DNA of 63,137 nt, the filler included, from Octopus bimaculoides (Eukaryota): NCBI RefSeq assembly GCF_001194135.2. It is 7 parts of 7 records of this genome, joined end to end, with 100 filler letters (N's around TTAATTAATTAA, not from the genome) between each part and the next. Parts side by side here need not be neighbours in the genome. Positions count along the whole stretch, not along the records: positions 24,069 to 45,042 come from NC_068985.1; 6 more parts are not named here. One strand, 5' to 3'. The first letter of the stretch is position 1; each line of letters begins with the position of its first letter. The notes beneath the pieces were generated by a model that had not been told where the DNA came from, searched no databases, and saw nothing but the letters and a program-made list of their open reading frames with translations. This document shows positions 24,389 through 37,038 of the stretch, piece after piece. The translations under genes and the position numbers were made by a program.

Positions 24389-24985
24389 CAAGGCGTGTAA
24401 GGTATTTGAGGACATACCTTTTGGGGGTCATTGCTGCATTTTTTGCTGACTCTGTATAATCTTTGTTTCAGAAAATGATAATGGCAGACCCTCAGCTTAT
24501 TCAAGAAATGAAGAGGCATTCTGTTATTGTGGTTATAAAGTCTGACCATAGCGATTGTTAAAAGTTGTCAGATCTTTTGTCTACAAAATTTGTAAGGAGC
24601 TAGAGACTGAAGATGGAAATGTATCACCAGTATCAAAGCATAAAAGTATTCTAAATGCTCTGGAGTCATCAGAACACCTGAATTTATCCAGCAAGTTCAA
24701 CAGACCAGTGATTACAATCCCAGAAAGTCCATGAGGTCAATTGCAAAAGATCTCCATGTGTCAGAAGGAACACACAGAAATGCTGTCCACGAAAACATCA
24801 GATATGTCTTATATGATGAGGAAAGTTCAATTTGTCAGAAAAAGCAAAAGAAAATCACTACATCACATCTAAAAGTCTCTTAAACAAACTGAAAAATCCA
24901 GCAGAAGACTTGATTTGGTTTTCTCAAACGACAAAAATTTCAACCAAGATCAAAATGTTAACAGAAGAAATGACAGATAGTAATG
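24389..24985 (+). mobile_element. maT/DD37D-like Tc1-mariner remnant (5' half)
   Basis: Starts after a (TA)n run. IRTPEFIQQVQQ..NPRKSMRSIAKDLHVSEGT..KSLLNKLKNP..KNFNQDQNVNRRNDR. Confidence 0.75.
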
Positions 24986-25319
24986 TGCAGACTTCCTTTT
25001 TTAAAGTAATCTAAATCAAAAATTTCTATCAAAATTTCCTGTTATGTTCCAAATAGTATCATCATAATGATGAAGTTCTTTTACTAAATTTTTCATTATT
25101 TTCAAAAGTAATTGGAAAACAACAATATATTTTCAACAGAAATATGGTAACAAAAGGGTTAAAGTGATCTAAATAAGAACTTTCTGTCACATTAATTTAT
25201 ATTCCAAACACCGTCTTAATAATGACATAGTTATTTCACTGAATTCTTCATTACTTACATGGCTTAAAGTGATCTAAAATAAAACTTCCCCTCTTACTAA
25301 TTGATATTCCAAACATCAT

Positions 25320-25650
25320 CATCATCATCATCGTTTAACGTCCGCTTTCCATGCTAGCATGGATTGGACGATTTGAGTGAGGACTGGCAAGCCAGAAGGC
25401 TGCACCAGGCTCCAATCTGATCTGGCAGAGTTACTACAGCTGGATGCCCTTCCTAACGCCAACCACTCAGAGTGTAGTGGGTGCTTTTACGTGCCACCGG
25501 CACGAGGGCCAGTCAGGCGGGTACTGGTGATGGCCACGCTCGAAATGGTGTATTTTACGTGCCACCTGCACAATCTCGCTCGAAAGTCTTTACACGTGCC
25601 AGGAAGGCGATGCTGGGCACAGGTGCCATCACAATTTCGCTTTCTATCTT
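25320..25650 (-). mobile_element. SINE/LINE-tail family C with (GAT)n tail. Other copies at ~31850-32100, 37035-37225 (-) and 39590-39815 (+)
   Basis: Shared CATCATCGTTTAACGTCC..CATGCTGGCATGGGTTGG..CTACAGCTGGATGCCCTTCCTAACGCCAACC. Confidence 0.75.
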
Positions 25651-26364
25651 ATTAATTTATATTCCAAACACTACCTTAATAATGACAGAGTTATTATTTT
25701 CAAAATTAATTGAAAAACCAATAACTCTATCTTCAACAGAAACATGGTAAAAAAAAGGGTCAAGTAATAAATTGAGCTGTCCTCTGCATAAGTTAAAATC
25801 TCACTCATGTCTATTATTTTGCTGCTGCATTATTCACATCAATGATCCAGTCTAGTACGACAAAAGCAAACAAACATCACACGGGATGGAACCAGTCAGA
25901 AATAAAGACTAAAAAAAAAGATATAAAAGGTGAAGGGATGTTTAATATTCCACAAAAAAAACATTCCTTCTTTTCAATATTGTAATAAATATGTCCCTCG
26001 AATCTCATTTAACGAGGATAAACTGCAAATAAGTTTTGTTTTACTCTTTAAAATTAATATTTTACAACTTTCTAATGGGCATAATGCAATTATAATCCCC
26101 TAATATAATTGCCATGCGATATTCTCCCTTATATACATACATCCATAATTCATATTGATAACATGGATTCATAATTTAATTGTTTATCTCAGTTGTTATT
26201 GCTGTGAGAAGCACTAATTTTTGCCTTGAAGTTTTTGCAAAGTTAAAAATCAATCAATTGATTACTTCAGGGGAACCCTGATGGAAAAATCTTTGTATGT
26301 ATTCACATTCATGATAGATAGAACTTTTAATGGTTATCTGTTTGCTAGGATAATAATTAATTAA

Positions 26365-26448
<84 letters not shown>

Positions 26449-28039
26449 CATCCATCCATCCATCCACATAGAAAGATAGATAGATGGATAGACAAACAGA
26501 CAGAAAGACACATACATACATCAACTGATAGATAGGCAGATAAAGAGATAGACAGAGAGAGATAAGTACAATAGTAACCACTATGAAATGCAGATAGATA
26601 GCTAAATAAATAGATAAATAACTATATAGTTAACTAGATANNNNNNNNNNNNNNNNNNNNNNNNNNNNNNNNNNNNNNNNNNNNNNNNNNNNNNNNNNNN
26701 NNNNNNNNNNNNNNNNNNNNNNNNNNNNNNNNNNNNNNNNNNNNNNNNNNNNNNNNNNNNNNNNNNNNNNNNNNNNNNNNNNNNNNNNNNNNNNNNNNNN
26801 NNNNNNNNNNNNNNNNNNNNNNNNNNNNNNNNNNNNNNNNNNNNNNNNNNNNNNNNNNNNNNNNNNNNNNNNNNNNNNNNNNNNNNNNNNNNNNNNNNNN
26901 NNNNNNNNNNNNNNNNNNNNNNNNNNNNNNNNNNNNNNNNNNNNNNNNNNNNNNNNNNNNNNNNNNNNNNNNNNNNNNNNNNNNNNNNNNNNNNNNNNNN
27001 NNNNNNNNNNNNNNNNNNNNNNNNNNNNNNNNNNNNNNNNNNNNNNNNNNNNNNNNNNNNNNNNNNNNNNNNNNNNNNNNNNNNNNNNNNNNNNNNNNNN
27101 NNNNNNNNNNNNNNNNNNNNNNNNNNNNNNNNNNNNNNNNNNNNNNNNNNNNNNNNNNNNNNNNNNNNNNNNNNNNNNNNNNNNNNNNNNNNNNNNNNNN
27201 NNNNNNNNNNNNNNNNNNNNNNNNNNNNNNNNNNNNNNNNNNNNNNNNNCTTACAATTTCACACCTTTAATGTTCAGTCAGACAGACACAGACAGGCAAC
27301 TAGGTAGAGTAAGAAACATATATATAGTTCAAATTTACAGAAAACAAAAGACAAAGACAGGTGCTGGAACAACAAGCAGGTGTATTAGTATAATGCTCAG
27401 GAAGAATGGAAAAGTGTTTTACATTTTGAGCCTATGCTCTTTGACGGAAAGGATTGAGAGGGAAAAAAAAAGGAGAGAGAATGAAAAAAAAAAACAGTGA
27501 GAGAAAAAATGTGGAGGGATTAATGGTTCAACATGATGAAATAGCTAGAAGGGGCTGAATGAAAGGGAGATAATAACGATGACCTGGTTGAACTAATTTG
27601 CTCAAGCATGGATGTGTGTATGTGAGAATGATGGCTGTGAGAGCGCATGTATGAATGGGCACAAGTGTGTGAGTATGTATGCATGGGCAAGCTGAAAAAT
27701 ATGTGGACCTCTGTATGTGCATGTGTGTAAGTGACCCAGTGTGTACATTATGTGGAGTGATATGGGTTACATGTACTGGTATGTATGTATAGATGTGTGA
27801 CTGCATGTGTGCGTACAAATGCATTGGCCTGGGTGTGTGTGTATGTGTACAAGTAATCTAGTGTATGTGTTGTGTGGAGTGATGTGCATTTTGTGTATGT
27901 GTGTGCGTGTGNNNNNNNNNNNNNNNNNNNNNNNNNNNNNNNNNNNNNNNNNNNNNNNNNNNNNNNNNNNNNNNNNNNNNNNNNNNNNNNNNNNNNNNNN
28001 NNNNNNNNNNNTATATTTATCGAGAGAGAAAGAGAGAGA

Positions 28040-28395
28040 GAGAGAGATAGTACAAGAGTAAAGACCCCCTCCAGTCATGAATGACCATGGCATTGCACCT
28101 AGAAAGTTACCCTCAGTGGCACAAGTCTGGCCAAGATTGTTTATGAAATACCAGCAGTTACCCATGCATACCACCCGCCCCTTTCCATACCACTGATATT
28201 ATCCATGGGAAAGGCAAAGGCCAATACAGCTTGGCTCCACTGACGTCGCAACTCATTTCTACAGCTAAGTGAACTAAAGCAACATGAAAGAAAGTGTCTA
28301 ACTCAAGGACACAACACACAGCCTGGCCCAGGAATCCAACTCACTACCCAATGATTGTGAACGCGATGCTTTAACCACTGAGCCATGTGCCTTCA
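28040..28395 (-). mobile_element. tRNA-derived SINE family E. Related copy at ~56170-56445
   Basis: GAAGGCACATGGCTCAGTGGTTA head and shared GCTCAAGGACACAAC-like segment. Confidence 0.65.
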
Positions 28396-28949
28396 AACAT
28401 AAGTAAATAGATAAATAGCTATATAGTTTAACTAGATAGCGAGAGACACTTATTTATTTATTTACACTCCAGTCTTCCGAGGAAACTATAAGATGTTGCA
28501 CAAGCACTCAACTCTGAGAGCACTATTTCTTACAGGAGAAACATCTGTAAACTAATGAATGTGAGTAGAAGATATCTGAAGGTTATGCTTGGAAGAAAAT
28601 TTAGTGAAATAGGGCAAATCCAGCTAAAGGCACCCACAGATCAAGTAGTAATATCAAACCAGTCAGTGTGTTAGGCCTACTATTCTTAAAAATACCTTGG
28701 AATTATAAGGGAATTTACATAGATATTTTCTCTCTTTAGCATTTTTTTATTCAGTTGACACCAAACCACAATGTTCCTCGAGAGAAGTTGTGGCTGAATG
28801 CACATCTTAGAAAACTCACTGTTGCCAATAAAATATATCTTCAAGAGAAAAGAGAAAGAGAGAAAAGCATTGGTTGTAAGAGGTGCACAAATGCAAGGTT
28901 TGTTTAGTGACAGCTTATAACGGACAGTGTTATAAGATGAAATGAAATG

Positions 28950-29460
28950 TGGATATGTGGAAGAAAGAACATGAGATGTGGAAATATATATGATGGAGAA
29001 GATGTGGAAATATGATGAAATCTAATGTGTCGGAGTGTTAAATGTGGAGATGTGATGTGGGGAGGGGCTAATTTGGAAATGCAGTGTGGGGAGAGGTTTG
29101 TGTGGAAATGCAGTGTGGGGAGAGGTTTGTGTGGAAATGCAGTGTGGGGAAGGGTTAATGTGGAAATGTGGTGTAGGGGGCTAATGTGGAAATGTGGTGT
29201 AGGGAGGGTTTGATGTGGATATGCATGAGGGTGGAAATGTGGTGTGGAGTGGGGTTAATGTGGAAATGTGGTGTGGGGAAGGGTTAATGTGGAAATGTGG
29301 TATAGGGAGGGTTTGATGTGGAAATGCATGAGGGAGGGGTTGATGTGAAAATGTGGTTTGGGGAGGGGTTAATATAGAAATGCTATGTGGAGGGGTTAAT
29401 GTGGAAATGTGGTGTTAGGAGGAGTAATGTAGAAATGTAATATAGGTAGTATGATGTGGA
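28950..29460. repeat. G-rich minisatellite, unit ~28-29 bp (GTGGAAATGTGGTGTGGGGAAGGGTTAAT-like)
   Basis: Visible tandem units, roughly 14-16 degenerate copies. Confidence 0.85.
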
Positions 29461-29692
29461 TCTATGGGAATGGGGGGGGGGAGGATGCAGATGATGCTAA
29501 TAGGACAGGGCATCAGTTTACTGAAAAATTACATTTCCAAAATATAAGCCACTCTAAATTCTCTAATATCCAATAAGAAATGAAGAAATGCAGACTTAAG
29601 TAAATCTATTGCTCAAATATATAACCAGAGAGAGAGAGAGAGAGAGTGATATGTGATGGATGTGGAGTTAAGACTTATTAAGAGCTAACAGT

Positions 29693-29724
<32 letters not shown>

Positions 29725-29906
29725 ACTCACATACATACATGCGTAGATGCGCAAACATACACACACTTGGCCATATTTCACATACAGGGTTGGTATGAGC
29801 TAGTTCCAGACTGGAGTGAAAGAAGGTGATAGTTGGAGGAAGAGGAGGTTGAGGTGATGGTGGAAGTGACAAATGTTTTAGAGGCAAAAATAGGAGTCAA
29901 TATAGG

Positions 29907-29937
<31 letters not shown>

Positions 29938-30044
29938 GTGCGTGTGTATGTCTATGTACAAGTGCATGTGTATGAGTGTGTGTGATTATGTATGCAAATA
30001 TATGCTTGCATATATGTCTGAGATTATATAAGCTTGTGTGTGTG

Positions 30045-30160
30045 TGTGATTATGTGATTACAAGTGTGTGTGGTTATGTGAGTACAAGTGTGTGTGATTA
30101 TGTGAGTACAAGTGTGTGTGGTTATGTGAGTACAAGTGTGTGTGATTATGTGAGCACATG
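30045..30160. repeat. 24-bp minisatellite (GATTATGTGAGTACAAGTGTGTGT)x~5
   Basis: Direct reading. Confidence 0.85.
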
Positions 30161-30436
30161 CTTATAATGTATGTGTATGTGTGTGTGTGTGTATGTGTAT
30201 GTATGTGAATACATGTTTGTGCATGTATGTATGTGTGTGTGTGTATGTATGTGAATACATGCTTGTGTATGTGTGTGTGTGATTATGTGAGTACATGCTA
30301 GTGTGTGCATGCATGCATGTATGTGTGAAATTGTGTGTGTGCTTGATTATGTATCTGAGTGTACATGAGTGTGTGCATGCACAAGTGTGTGTGTGTGCAT
30401 GCAAGAGTGCATTTGAAATAGGGTGTTGGTGCTTAC

Positions 30437-30601
30437 ATGTTGACTTCTGTGCCTCGGCATAGTAGCTGCATTTTCCCTCATCACTTTCATCTTTACTGCC
30501 ACAGTTTGGGTAGCCATCACATGCCAGAGAAGAATCAATACAAATATGTCGGATGGAACAATGGAAATAACCTTCGGGACACTTATTTCGAGCAATTTCT
30601 C
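30437..30601 (-). CDS. Coding exon 5, LDL-receptor class A repeat
   Basis: Acceptor tttttccctttccag|, donor ACAT|gtaagc, phase 1-1. CPEGYFHCSIRHICIDSSLACDGYPNCGSKDESDEGKC has six Cys and the acidic DESDE motif. Confidence 0.9.
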
Positions 30602-32427
30602 CTGGAAAGGGAAAAATAGAAAATGAAAAATAAAAACAGAAAAGTACTGTATTTTTCAACATGTAGCATAAACATGTAGCGGAAACATTTAAACACATCA
30701 TGACTATCTTTTCAAATTCTGTTGCATTTCACATGGAATTTTCGGTCATCCAAAAATGCTCTAATGTATAAGTCAGTCTGACCTTTGTTGGCTGTAAAAT
30801 TTTGGTCTGAAAAATTCAACTTGCATGACAGGAAAATATGGTAAAAAAAAACATAAAGACAGAAAACTTTGTCAAAAACATAAGTTATAGGTAGGCACAG
30901 ACATGGCTGAGTGGTAAGATGCTTGCTTCACAACCACACAGTTCCAGGTTCAGTCCCACTGTGTAGCACCTTGGGCAAGTGTCTTCTAATATAGCTCTAG
31001 GCTAACCAAAGCCTTATGAGTGGATTTGGTAGACAGAAACTGAAAGAAACCCGTCATGTGTGTGTGTTCCCCACTATTGCTTAACAACTGGTAATGGTGT
31101 GTTTACATCACTATAACCAAGTGGTTTGGCAAAAGAGACTGATTGAATAAGCATCAGGCTTTTAAAAAAATAGAATAAAAACAAATGGGTTTGGTTCATT
31201 TGACTAAAAATTCTTCAAGGTGATGCTCCAGTATGGCCACAGTCTAAAGACTGAAACAAGTAAATGATAAAAAAAGGGCAAAAGATAAATACAAAATACG
31301 TTCATGGCTAAGAAGTTCGCTTATTCTGGATTCAATTCTGCCTTGCAATACTTGTTATTGGAATTTTGTACCACATTTTCTGGCATTACAAGTCAATGCA
31401 GTATGTAGTTTAAACATTGAAACATTGTCACTATCTTTGCAAATCCTGCTGCATTTTACATGAAACTTTTGGTTTTCTAAAGTCACCCTAGTTTGAGAAT
31501 ATAAGTTGTGCAGAAGGCCATCAAAAAGACCAAGTTTAATTACTCTTGTGGAATAGGAACAGCAGAAGAATACAACTGTAAACTATTTCTGTTTTTCTGT
31601 TGCCAAGAAAACCTTGAAGGTGTACCACATGAGACCACATATTTCACACACAGACACAGACACACACACACACACACAAATATACAAACATACAATTACA
31701 CATACAACATTGGTTCCCAACTAATGTTCATTGTCAACTTGAAAATGGTTGATTTTCCTAAAACTCTTACAAAACTGAAACATTACAAACTTAACAGGAT
31801 CTTTGTTCTCAAATTCTGATCTCCTTCCCCTACAATCCTCCTCCTCCTCATCATCATCATCATTCAACATCCATTTTCCATGCTGGCATGGGTTGGATGG
31901 TTTGACTGAAAACTGTTAAGTGGGGAGTTGCACCAGGTTCCAGTCTGATTTGGCATGGTTTCTACAGCTGAATGCCCTTCCTAATGCCAACCACTTCAAG
32001 AGTGTAATGGGTGCTTTTTACATATCCCCAGCATGGGTGCCAGTTACATAACACTTGCATCGACCACAACTATGATCTCACTTGGCTTAACAGGTCCTCT
32101 CATATTGTAACCATAAATAACATCCATAGTAAAATTTCCAACTTGTTACTTGAAGCCTCTGGGTGGAACTTGGAACAGCTTGTATAAAACAAAGCAATAA
32201 CAACATAAATAATAATGATTTCAAATTTTGGCACAAGGCCTGCAATTTCGGGGGAGTGAGTAAGTTGATTACATCAACCCCAGTGCTTAACTGGTACTTA
32301 TTTTATTGATCCCAAAAGGATAAAAGTCAAAATCGACCATGGTGAATTTGAACAGAGAATGTAAAGATGGATGAAATACTGCTAAGCATTTTGCCCTGTG
32401 TGCTAATGATTCAGCCAACTCACTGCC

Positions 32428-32657
32428 TTAACCCTTTTGAAACCAACCCAGCTGAAACCGGTTCTGGCTCTATAGTACAAATGTCTTGTTTACATAAGTT
32501 TTGAATTAAAATCTTCCACCAAACCTTAGTCACAATTTATGTTCCAAACACTATCTTAATGAAAACTAAGTTATTTTACTAAATTCTTTGTTATATTTAA
32601 AATTAGTTGAAAGAAACACAGGGCACCTCAAAATAAATATGGTAATGAAAAGGTTAA
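32428..32657. mobile_element. piggyBac-like MITE
   Basis: TTAA|CCCTTTT ... AAAAGG|TTAA ends. Related pieces occur at ~25050-25320 and ~25650-25765. Confidence 0.65.
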
Positions 32658-33127
32658 TAGTAATAATGATTTCAAATTTTGGTACAAGACCAGCAATTGC
32701 AGTGGAGTGGGTGAATCGATTACATTGATCTCAGTGAATAACTGGTATCAATTTTAACAACCACAAAAGGAAGAAAAGCAAAGTTAACCATAGTGGAATT
32801 TGAACTCAGAATGTAAGGATGAACAAAATACCTCTAAGCATTTTGCTTTGCATGCTAATGATTCTGCCAGTTTGCCACCTTGATAATAATAATCCTTTCT
32901 ACTATAGGCACAAGGCATGAAATTTATGGGGAGGGGACTAGTCGATTACATTGACCCCCAGTGTTTCACTGGTACTTAATTTATCAACCCCGAAAGGATA
33001 AAAGGCTAAGTCAACCATGGTGGAATTTGTATCCAGAATGTAAAGACAGATGAAATACCTCTAAGCATTTTGTCTGGTGTGCTAATGATTCTGCCAGCTC
33101 GCCACCTTTTAATAATAATAATAATAC

Positions 33128-33496
33128 TAATAAGAGCACTCAGAGAGTGCAAACCTCCACCAAGGCAACACCAACGTCCTCTCAACGATTAGGTGGAGAT
33201 AATTTTTAAAATGAGAATATCTGAAATAAACTTGGCTGTTCTCACAAACGAGAATACTAAAAATGAACCCAACTGCTCTCAAAAATTTTAGCTAAAAAAC
33301 AGGAAAAATAATCTAGAATCTTTGTCCGGTACCGGATCGATCCCAAAATCTAATCAGCTCATGCCAGCCATGCAGCCAAACATCCCTGAAAGTTTCATCC
33401 GAATCCATCCAACGGTTCTTGAGATATCTTATCCACGGACAAACAAACAAACACGATTGAAAACAATACCTCCGTCTTCGCTAAGGCACAGGTAAT
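33128..33496 (+). mobile_element. Non-autonomous Helitron/Helentron-like (DINE/HINE-type) element
   Basis: Subterminal ..AAACCTCCACCAAGGC near one end and a terminal hairpin ATACCTCCGTCTTCGCTAAGGCACAGGTAAT. Inserted in an AAT run. Confidence 0.45.
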
Positions 33497-34254
33497 AATA
33501 ATGGTTTCAAATTTTGCCACAAGGGCAGCAATTTTGGAGAAGGGGATGAGTCAATTACATCAATCCCAGTACTCAAGTAGTATTTATTTTATTGACCCTG
33601 AAAGGATAAAAGGCAAAGTCAACCATGGCAGAATTTGAACTCAGAACGTAAAGATGTCCAAAATACCACTAAGCATTTCCCCTGATGTGCTAACAATTCT
33701 GCTAGCTCACCACCTTAAACAATGGTTTCAAATTTCGGCACAAGGCCAGCCATTTTGTGGGAGGAGGTTAGTTGGTTACATCAACCCCAGTACTCAACTG
33801 GTACTCATTTTATTGACCTCAAAAGGATGAAAGGCAAAGTCAACTATGGCGGAATTTGAACTTAGAATGTAAAGATGGGCAAAAGGCCAGTAAGCATTTT
33901 GCCTGGCATGCTAACGATTCTGCCAGCTCACCATTTTTTAATAATAATAATAATAATAATAGTTCTTTCTACTGGAAGCATAAGGCCTCAAATTTGGGGG
34001 AAGGGATTAAGTAGATTACATTGACCCCAGTATGTAACTGGTACTTAGACACAAAGCCTTGAAAATTTAGGAGAAAGGGGGCTAGTCGATTACATCAACC
34101 CCTGTGCATGACTGGTACTTATTTCATCAACCCCAAAAGGATGAAAGGTAAAGTCGACCTTGGTGGAATTTGAACTCAAAACACTGCGACAGGCAATATA
34201 ATGCTAAGCATTTCATCCAGCGTGCTAACAATTTTGCTAGTTCACTGCCTTTTC

Positions 34255-34289
<35 letters not shown>

Positions 34290-34304
34290 CTGATAAGGAT
34301 TTAC

Positions 34305-34501
34305 TTTTAAAGGGTGTCAGTAACAATTTGAATCCTGGTGCGTTTCGTGTTGGTTGTCCAAAATAATTCAGTTTCAGTTCGTTGTATGTTGAGTTGTAGT
34401 CTCGAACCCCACGATGGATACCACCAGGGAAGTAACCATAAGCCCCATGTTTAGGGGTAAGGAGTACCGACATATCTGGTAGGTTGTCAAAAACTTTTAA
34501 T
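34305..34501 (-). CDS. Coding exon 4, C-terminal half of CUB domain
   Basis: Acceptor tttcatttcag|, donor AAAA|gtaaat. RLKVFD...STYNELKLNY...GFKLLLTPFK matches CUB motifs DxLxIxDG, STxNxLxLxF and GFKLxYT. Confidence 0.85.
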
Positions 34502-34564
34502 CTGAAATGAAATCAAAAAGGAGACAAGTTGAAGAATATTAAAATGAACATAGACAGGGCTATA

Positions 34565-34611
<47 letters not shown>

Positions 34612-34921
34612 ACACAAATGCATATATAGATAGATAGATAGATAGATAGAGATATTTATTTACACACACNNNNNNNNNNNNNNNNNNNNNNNNNNNNNNN
34701 NNNNNNNNNNNNNNNNNNNNNNNNNNNNNNNNNNNNNNNNNNNNNNNNNNNNNNNNNNNNNNNNNNNNNNNNNNNNNNNCACATATATATATATATATAT
34801 ATACAAGTGAAAGGACAAACAAAAGAAAGTGGCACTCAAGACATTTGGTAGGAGATATATAAATGATTTAATAATAATTTCACTCAGATCCATATAGCTT
34901 AAAGCTTTGTAGGTTTGTTAA

Positions 34922-34965
<44 letters not shown>

Positions 34966-36031
34966 GCACATTAGCACAAATGCACATATTCACACATGTT
35001 AAAGTTACTTCTATAAATTTTCTGTAGAAATAAAAGCCAGCCCTGATTTGTTAGAGCATTTCATATCCAAGTATGCCTAATGTAAACAATGAGATTGTGG
35101 ATGAAAAGTGGGTCATGAGTGGTCATATTTCAGGAGCTTTTTGCCCCTTCATCAGCACCCATCCAAGTCATTAACCATCCATGAACTCATTGCTTAAATA
35201 GCCACTATATATAGTAGTGTAACATTATTGAAAATACTAATTTTACATATCAAACACTTTCCTGATAGCAGGTACGTACATATTAATGACTTGTAGGGAC
35301 ACTATGCAACCATAATATTATGCAACCATAATATACTTCAAAGTTTATCATACACTCTATAAATTGATACTGTGTTCTTCTGTGTTAGCAGTGCTACTAA
35401 GTCATTTGTTAGGGTTATCGCTACAGATTTTCTTTAGAAATTATAACCAGCACTGATTTGTTATGATGTTTCATATCTGAGTACACTTAATGTAAACAAC
35501 AATGAGATCAAAGATGCAAAATGGGCAATGGTGTATATGCCATATTTCAGGAGTTCTTGCTCCTTCATCACTATATTAATCAAAGGAACAATAACAGAAT
35601 CACTAATTACATGCACAGTGGTTGGAAATTTTAACAAATTTTACTGAAAGCTAAAAACAAAAAAAAAAATCCCTGGGTTGACCAAAGCCTTGTGAGTGAA
35701 TTTAGTAGATGGAAACTGAAAGAAGCCCATCATACATGTGTGTGTGTGTGTGTGTGTGTCTTTGTGTTTATCCCTCACCACTACCAGACAACAGATGTTG
35801 GTTTATTTACATCACCAAACTAATGAGATCAAAAGAGATCAAAAGACTAAGCACCTCCTGGCTTAAAAAAAAAAGACAGCACTGGATCAATTTGTTTGAC
35901 CGAACCCTTCAAGGAAGTGCCACAGCATGGTCACAGTCTAATGACTGAAACAAGTAAAAAAGTAAAAAGATACAAAAAGAAAGCAAAAAAAAAATCATAA
36001 AATAAAATAGAATAAATTTTAAAAATCTCAC

Positions 36032-36320
36032 CTGTCTGGAGTTCCATGCGTATCAGCTATTTCAAGTCTGAAGAACTGGAGTAAAATATGTTTTGAGGAC
36101 TCCACACGAACCTTTAGTTCACAGTGTTCATAGTTAACGTCCCGGCGTGAACCAAGTACATTGTTGCTGAGCTCTAAAACCAGGCTGCCATTGAGTTGTA
36201 GCGTTTTAATATGATGTTTGCAATAAGACAACATGTATCTGGTTGCCGTCAGTGCTCCTGTACTGCTCTCTGGAAGAGAAACCACATCTTGTTGATCTGG
36301 TGCCACTGCTTGTGATTTGA
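36032..36320 (-). CDS. Coding exon 3, N-terminal half of CUB domain
   Basis: Acceptor tgcttttttttcag|, donor GACAG|gtgag. Translates KSQAVAPDQQ...SYCKHH...EHCELKVRVESSKHILLQFFRLEIADTHGTPD, a CUB-type Cys pair and beta-strand pattern. Confidence 0.85.
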
Positions 36321-36983
36321 CTGAAAAAAAAGCAGAAGTTTTAAGAGTGTTTTATTTTATTATTTTTGTGGGGAGTAGATGAATTGGTGGTTTTTCAAGC
36401 TCATCACATCTAATTCTCAGGGTAATGTTTCTTCTAAATATTAATTCATCATGTAACTTCTGTAATAAGGCTGCTCCTTCCTGTTGGTTCTCATTGAGAT
36501 TTCAATTGGTTATTGATGATTTAATATAGTACAAGGTTCAGCCACAGTAACATAATGTAGAAGTCCTACCCATGTGTGAGAGCCCTCTGATTAAGTACAG
36601 AAACCTACCATCAACCAGAGAAACCCCCTTCAGAAAGCCCCTCCCCACCTCTCTTTCAGGACATAAACTTAAGGGCAGTCAGCATTAACATTGGTACAAT
36701 GAAAGGTAGGTCAGGAGAGATTGTGAAGATGCTGGAATGAAGAAGACTTGATGAATGATGTGTTCAAGAAGTGAGATGGAAGGGATCCTCAACTAGATTT
36801 CTCACAGGCAAAGAACAAAAGTATGAATTCTTCTGGATGAGTCAGAGAGATAGGGTAGGTGGAGCTGGCATATTGTTAGCAAAGAAATGGATAGATGAGG
36901 TAATCAATGTGGTTTGAACATGCAATAGGTTAATTAAGCTTAGTCTTGCTAGTCTTGGATAATACAATAATGACATCTATCTA

Positions 36984-37038
<55 letters not shown>

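Larger units (their letters stand above)
32210..34250 (-). mobile_element. Cluster of ~7 SINE family A copies, all on -. Other - copies at ~15900-16010, 17520-17728, 42165-42350
   Basis: Copies start near 32210, 32662, 32890, 33497, 33720, 33960 and 34050, separated by (AAT)n. Confidence 0.8.

Noticed and set aside
32210-34250. Regularly recurring ~220-bp units resembling an array
   Set aside because: Dispersed SINE family with tRNA-like boxes and no repeat-spacer structure; not CRISPR.
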